Of a DNA stretch of 39,484 nucleotides, positions 34,480 to 39,484 are shown piece by piece; the stretch's first letter is position 1; each line of letters opens with the position of its first letter. This DNA is from Octopus bimaculoides (taxonomy: Eukaryota). The position numbers were made by a program, and so were the translations under genes. The notes under the pieces were generated by a model. It did no database searches. It had not been told where the DNA came from and saw only the letters and a list, made by a program, of their open reading frames with translations. Location: the NCBI RefSeq assembly GCF_001194135.2, contig NC_068995.1, positions 27,328,919 through 27,368,402 of the forward strand, read 5' to 3'.

Positions 34480-37307
34480 TATCAAGATAAGTGAAATAGA
34501 GACTAGAGAATGAAGTACCTTTTGACAAGATGCAGATATATGTTCCCGGATATTAACAAAAATAGAACAGGACCAAAATTTAACTCTACAGGCAGCAGCA
34601 GAAGAATGCCAGAGGATTATAAATCTAAGACATGACACAGATAAAATTGAAGAAAAAGATTACAGATAAGAGAAAAGAGACAAAATGTCAAGATTGAATC
34701 CATGTTATAGGTGTGGCGGTCTACTCCAGAGGACATATTTTCAAAATTAAATGGTGGCAAGATATTTTCTAAATTAGATCTCTCTGATGCATACCTACAA
34801 ATTAAAGTTGACGATGAATGCTCTAAACACCTAACAACACACATAAAGGACTGTATACATTCAACAGGTTACCATCTAGCTCAGAAGTCACGCCAACAAT
34901 TTTTTCAAAAGATTATGGAGGCAATGTTAGCAGACTGTGAATTCGCAATTCGATATCTGGATGATATACTCACAAAGATCAAATCCTGGGACCAACACAT
35001 AGAGTACATAAAATGAGTTCAGAAAAATTAGGGATTACAACTTCACTTTGAGTGAAGAAAAGTGTGAATTTTTCTTACTGAAAATAAAATATTTAGGACA
35101 AATCATTGATAGAAATGGTTGTCAACCGATCTGTCAAGGGCAGATGCAATTAAAAATATGTCTCCTCTGACAAATATAGTGCCCTTACAAGCTTTTTTGG
35201 GACTGGCAAATTATTACCAAAATTATATTCCAAATATGCATAAAGTAAGAGTTCCACTAAATAATCTATTACAAAAAGATGTTAAGTAGAATTGGTCTGA
35301 AAATTGTCAGAAGGCATTCAACAAAATTTTTAAATATTAACATCTGATTAGCTGTTAACAAATTTCAATCTTGCAGTATAGATTGTTGTAGTTTCAGATG
35401 TCTCTGGGTATGGTATAGGTGCAGTAATGCTACATAAATATAAAGATGGTAATATGAAGTCAACGGTTCATGCCTTACATTCTCTGATATCAGAAGAAAA
35501 AAATTACAGCTAAATGAAAAAAGAGGATTTAGCAATTATTTTGCCATACAAAAATTTCATAGATTTTTACACAGTAGAAGTTTTTGACTACACTCTGATT
35601 ATCATCTGTTATCTATATATGAGTCAAAGAAAGGACTCCCTACTCATACTGCTAATAGGTTGCAACACTGGAGTACTACATTACTAAACTATGATATTAA
35701 GGTGGAGTATATATCATCTAAGAAATTAAGATACACTGATTGTTTATCAAGACTGATTTCAAAAAATGCCGAACCATTTGAAGATATCATGATTGCTGTA
35801 TTGCAAGTGGAAAATGAAATTAAAAATGTTTTGTGTAATGTCATACATGGACTGCCAATCACATTACAAGACATAAAATTAAAATCAGAAAATGATAAAT
35901 TCATTAAAAAAAATGGAAGAAATGCTGAAGGTTAAAAGAGATAAAAATATGTGCAAAACAAATTTGAACCATTTCTCAATGAGTGACAGTGTGTTCAAGT
36001 ATGCACAAAAAGTCGGAGTGTCAGCCACACTACAGAAGCGATTACTAAAGGGATTTCACATTGGTCACCCAGGGATTTCAAGGATGAAATCGTTAATGAG
36101 AAGTTTGTTTATTGGTCAACCATGACATTGAAGAATCAGTGAAAGCATGCAGAGGGTGTGCCTTAGCTGCAAAAGCAGATATCACTAAATGGTAACTGTG
36201 GCCAAAAACAAATATTCCATGGGCCAGACTGCATGTTGATTCATATTACTTTGTTGTGGTGGACAGTTTTTCAAAGTGACCTGAAGTGCATAAGTGTAAA
36301 AAGCTGACATCTGCGGTTACAGTAAATTTTTTACACAAATTGTTCGCCAGATATGGTATTCCTGATACCATTGTGTCTGATAATAAAACTCGATTTACTT
36401 CAGACAAGTTCAGAAAATTTTGTAAAATGTTCATTATTGAACATGTCACTACACTGCCATATCCTAGGTCAAATGGACAAGCAGAGTATTTTGTTGACAC
36501 TTTCAAGAGAACGTTAAAAAAAGCAAACAATGAAGTAATGGTCGACCTTGCACTTCAACAATTTCTAAGAGTGTACTGAGTAACACCTAATCCGAATACC
36601 CCATCTTAATTGTTACCCACGGAATTAATGTCTGCTAGAAAGGTCAGATCTGTCTTTGATAAGCTGATACCAAGTGAAAATAGATAAAAGGCAAACAACA
36701 AAAATACTTCAAGATTCTTCCAGTTAAGTGACAAAGTCTTTTTAAAAACCTATAGATATGGTAAAGAAAGCTGGGAGGACGGTAAAATTATTAAACAAAT
36801 TGGAAGAATGTTATTCTTGGTAAAAGGAAAAAATGTTGAACATAAAAGGCATATTAACCAACTTGAAAAAAGATTCATAGAAATAAGAGTCACAAGCAAT
36901 AAAATCCCCATGGAAGTATTGTATGACATGTTTGAGGTACCAACATACAAACAAATCAAACTACACGTTCTAGCACCAGAAAACGGAAAAGAATGGAAAC
37001 ATTGGAATTGAACCCTAAACATAAGAGATATTAAAACTCTGAGTGGAGTTTAATTCTCAAAAGGGGAAAAGTTAGGGGAGACTAATTCTCAAAAGGGGAG
37101 ATGTTGTGGAAGGATTCTAATCACCACCTGTGTGACTAAAGGTGAACTGACACATTGCTATAAAATAAAGAACTGTCAGTAGCTCAAGGTAAGCAGTTCA
37201 CTGTGAGGTGTTGGCTGAGAGCGTTTAACCTCGTGTAACAATAATCGTAGTGCATCAACGTAAATACTTCTTTCCCCCTACTACATTAAATCATTTATCC
37301 CACACCA
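34480..37307 (+). mobile_element. Ty3/Gypsy LTR retrotransposon (K02A2.6-like), internally deleted, 3' LTR only
   Basis: Gag ILTKIEQDQNLTLQAAAEECQRIINLRHD, PCYRCGG; RT TPEDIFSKLNGGKIFSKLDLSDAYLQI, YLDDI; RNase H GIGAV, RLQHW; integrase HIGHPGISRMKSL, GIPDTIVSDN, RSNGQAEYFVDTFK. Confidence 0.92.
37102..37307 (+). repeat. 3' LTR of the Gypsy element, preceded by a polypurine tract
   Basis: aaaaggggaga|TGTTGTGG..CCACACCA; near-perfect terminal inverted repeat with TG..CA ends; internal aataaa. Confidence 0.75.
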
Positions 37308-37355
37308 GGATATAAAAAAATATATATCTTCTTATATACATATATATGTATCACA

Positions 37356-37545
37356 ATCATCATCATTTGCTGTCCTGTTTCCATGCTGGTATAGGTTAGA
37401 CAGTTTGATAGGAGCTGGCAAGGCCAAGAGTTGCACTAGGTTCCACTGTCTGTTTTGGCTAAATTTCTACAGCTGGATGCCCTTCCTAACACCAACCACT
37501 TTACAGAGTGTACTGGGTGCTTTTCATGTGGTACCAGCACCATAA
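37356..37545 (-). mobile_element. RTE 3'-tail insertion
   Basis: Reverse complement of ggttggtgttaggaagggcatccagctgtagaaa..ccagcatggaaac..(gat)n. Confidence 0.8.
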
Positions 37546-38599
37546 ATATACATATATATAGTTATACAATGTTTGATCCACCTAAGTATATCTGGCATTG
37601 AACCTTATTACTTTTATCTGAGTTTTCATTATGTCTGTGTGATTAATATATTGATTTACATCTGTGTTAATAAGTCTTTTAGTTATATACATTATACAAG
37701 TTTTTTTGTTATATACATTTTTTACATTTAACTTTGTTCTTTTTAACACATTTTTTTTTTCAATGAATATCCTTTATATATCCATGTCATTTACATATTT
37801 TGTATTTAGTTCATTTTTACTTCAATCACTTTTTTACTGTATGTTTGGGATTTGATTTTCTATCTAATTTCCCCTTTCAATTTGATATGTGTTCATGCTT
37901 TGTTCTTTATATCTATCTAATTTCCCTTTCTTTTATACCCTTTCTAATTTGCTACCCTCCTTCTCCTTAACTTCAAGTGGTAAAATGCTAAATTGATGCT
38001 ACCTCATATATGTACATACTGATATATATCTCATAGTTTCAGTCTATAAACTATGCTTTTTCCATTGTTATTTTCTCATTTTCTCATAAGCCTTGTCCTC
38101 TCTCTTTTATTTTCTCCCACAGCCACAATACTCCACCCTTCACTTTTATTAAGCTAATTTTTAATTATTTCTTTCTGTAATACTCATTCACCCTTATTTT
38201 AATTTTAATTTTTAATTCGCATTTCCATTTAAATTCTACTTTAATCACTTGGAAAATCATAATTCTTTCTATAAGGTCTTTCTTATTCTGTGTATTTCTT
38301 TATACACATTCCTATGAATTTTCACTATGCAACTTTCAATTTTTATTCTACTCGCTTTAATGCATGTATATTTTCCATTATGATCATTTGATTTTATCCA
38401 ACACATTTCTGTTATTTTTGGAAAGTAAATTACTCAATCAGCTTTAAATGTTTATTTCATGAATTGCTAATCAGGTGTTCTTATAAACACTTGAATACTC
38501 ATGACTATCTGGCAATCAGTCATATGAACTATGAGTAACAATTTGTGAAGTTTTTTCAGCTTCAATAAAATACTATATATATATATGTGAGAAACAAGA

Positions 38600-39330
38600 T
38601 TGCACATATGAACAACAATTGCAGCAAGGTGACCGACAAAGCCATCACCACCAAGCAGTTCCTCAGAGACCTAACCCTGGATGGCTACCCAACATCTTTA
38701 GCCAAACAACAACGCCTAAAGAACATCAGGGTCAATAAACTCCGGAAGAACCCTCATACTCCCAAGTCCAGCACATGCTTCCTAAAGCTACCACATTTTG
38801 CTGACAGAACTACTGCAGTGATACAACACACAGTCCGCAGGGAAGGACTCAACTTACAGATAGTGCACACTGGCCCATCCCTGAGAAGAGCTCTGTGCAT
38901 GAACAACACCTTTTACTACTCCAAGGAGTGCACATTATCGCACTTCCCCATCAATGACCCTGAAATGTGCCAAAGACCTATGTTGTATACAAGATCATCT
39001 GTGGCAAATGTGGCACATCCTACAAAGCTTTATATATGCATAAAAGAATACATGCAGGCAGACACTTCCATGAAGAAACATCTATGCAAAGGCCAGACCC
39101 GGGAATTCACAGTGCACATAGGGCAACACAGTGCAACAAAGGCAACCTTAGAATCTCTGAGGCCATCCTCATACACCAAAGGAAAGAATCAACAACAAAA
39201 GAGAGTTACAGGAAGCTAGCTGTTTGTTATAGCAACAATTTTCCGCACATGTCTACTCCACACACATGCATATCTGCAACACTTGTTCATTTCCTGAGGA
39301 TGGGAGTCATAACCCTGAAATACTGAATGC
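38600..39330 (+). mobile_element. Second-family Penelope-like element 3' fragment (linker and GIY-YIG)
   Basis: LTLDGYP, CFLKLPHF, CPINDPEMCQ / TYVVYKIICGKCGTSY, RIHAGRH; ORFs 38587..39219 and 38967..39326 overlap through a frameshift. Confidence 0.75.
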
Positions 39331-39484
39331 AAGGTGAGTCTACATTAATTCATATATTTGTTTTCTTGTGATTTGCATTGCATTTACTTCACATTGTTCT
39401 GGCCTTACCCACAATCCTTTATACAATATATTTTATACAATGCTTCACAGTAACTATTCCAATATATATATATATATATATATA

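Noticed and set aside
34381-34638. 85 aa minus-strand ORF considered as an upstream SHOC2 exon
   Set aside because: It has no LRR pattern and is antisense to Gypsy gag.

Overview
AT-rich, microsatellite-laden eukaryotic genomic DNA with four N-gaps. The repeat landscape (abundant RTE LINEs with (GAT)n tails, tRNA-derived SINEs, Penelope-like elements) suggests an octopus or other cephalopod; this is inference. The only host gene found is SHOC2/Sur-8 (leucine-rich repeat Ras-MAPK scaffold) on the minus strand. It appears as three small, phase-compatible GT-AG exons (30443-30563, 28491-28599, 19607-19700) that the ORF track misses, so almost the whole window is probably intron. The rest is decayed transposable elements: two RTE families carrying a PHD-like finger, CR1-like and R4-like LINEs, a near-complete Penelope-like element, MULE, Helitron, Tc1/mariner elements, a mariner MITE and a Gypsy element with a 3' LTR. 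The most unusual signals are RNA-structural. One is a ~330-nt non-coding module (24754-25076) whose core is a ~140-nt rod-like hairpin capped by a hammerhead-ribozyme motif. The other is a pair of variant (CCGAUGA-core) hammerheads in the inverted terminal repeats of the Penelope-like element. All structures were read by eye, not computed, and TE boundaries are approximate.
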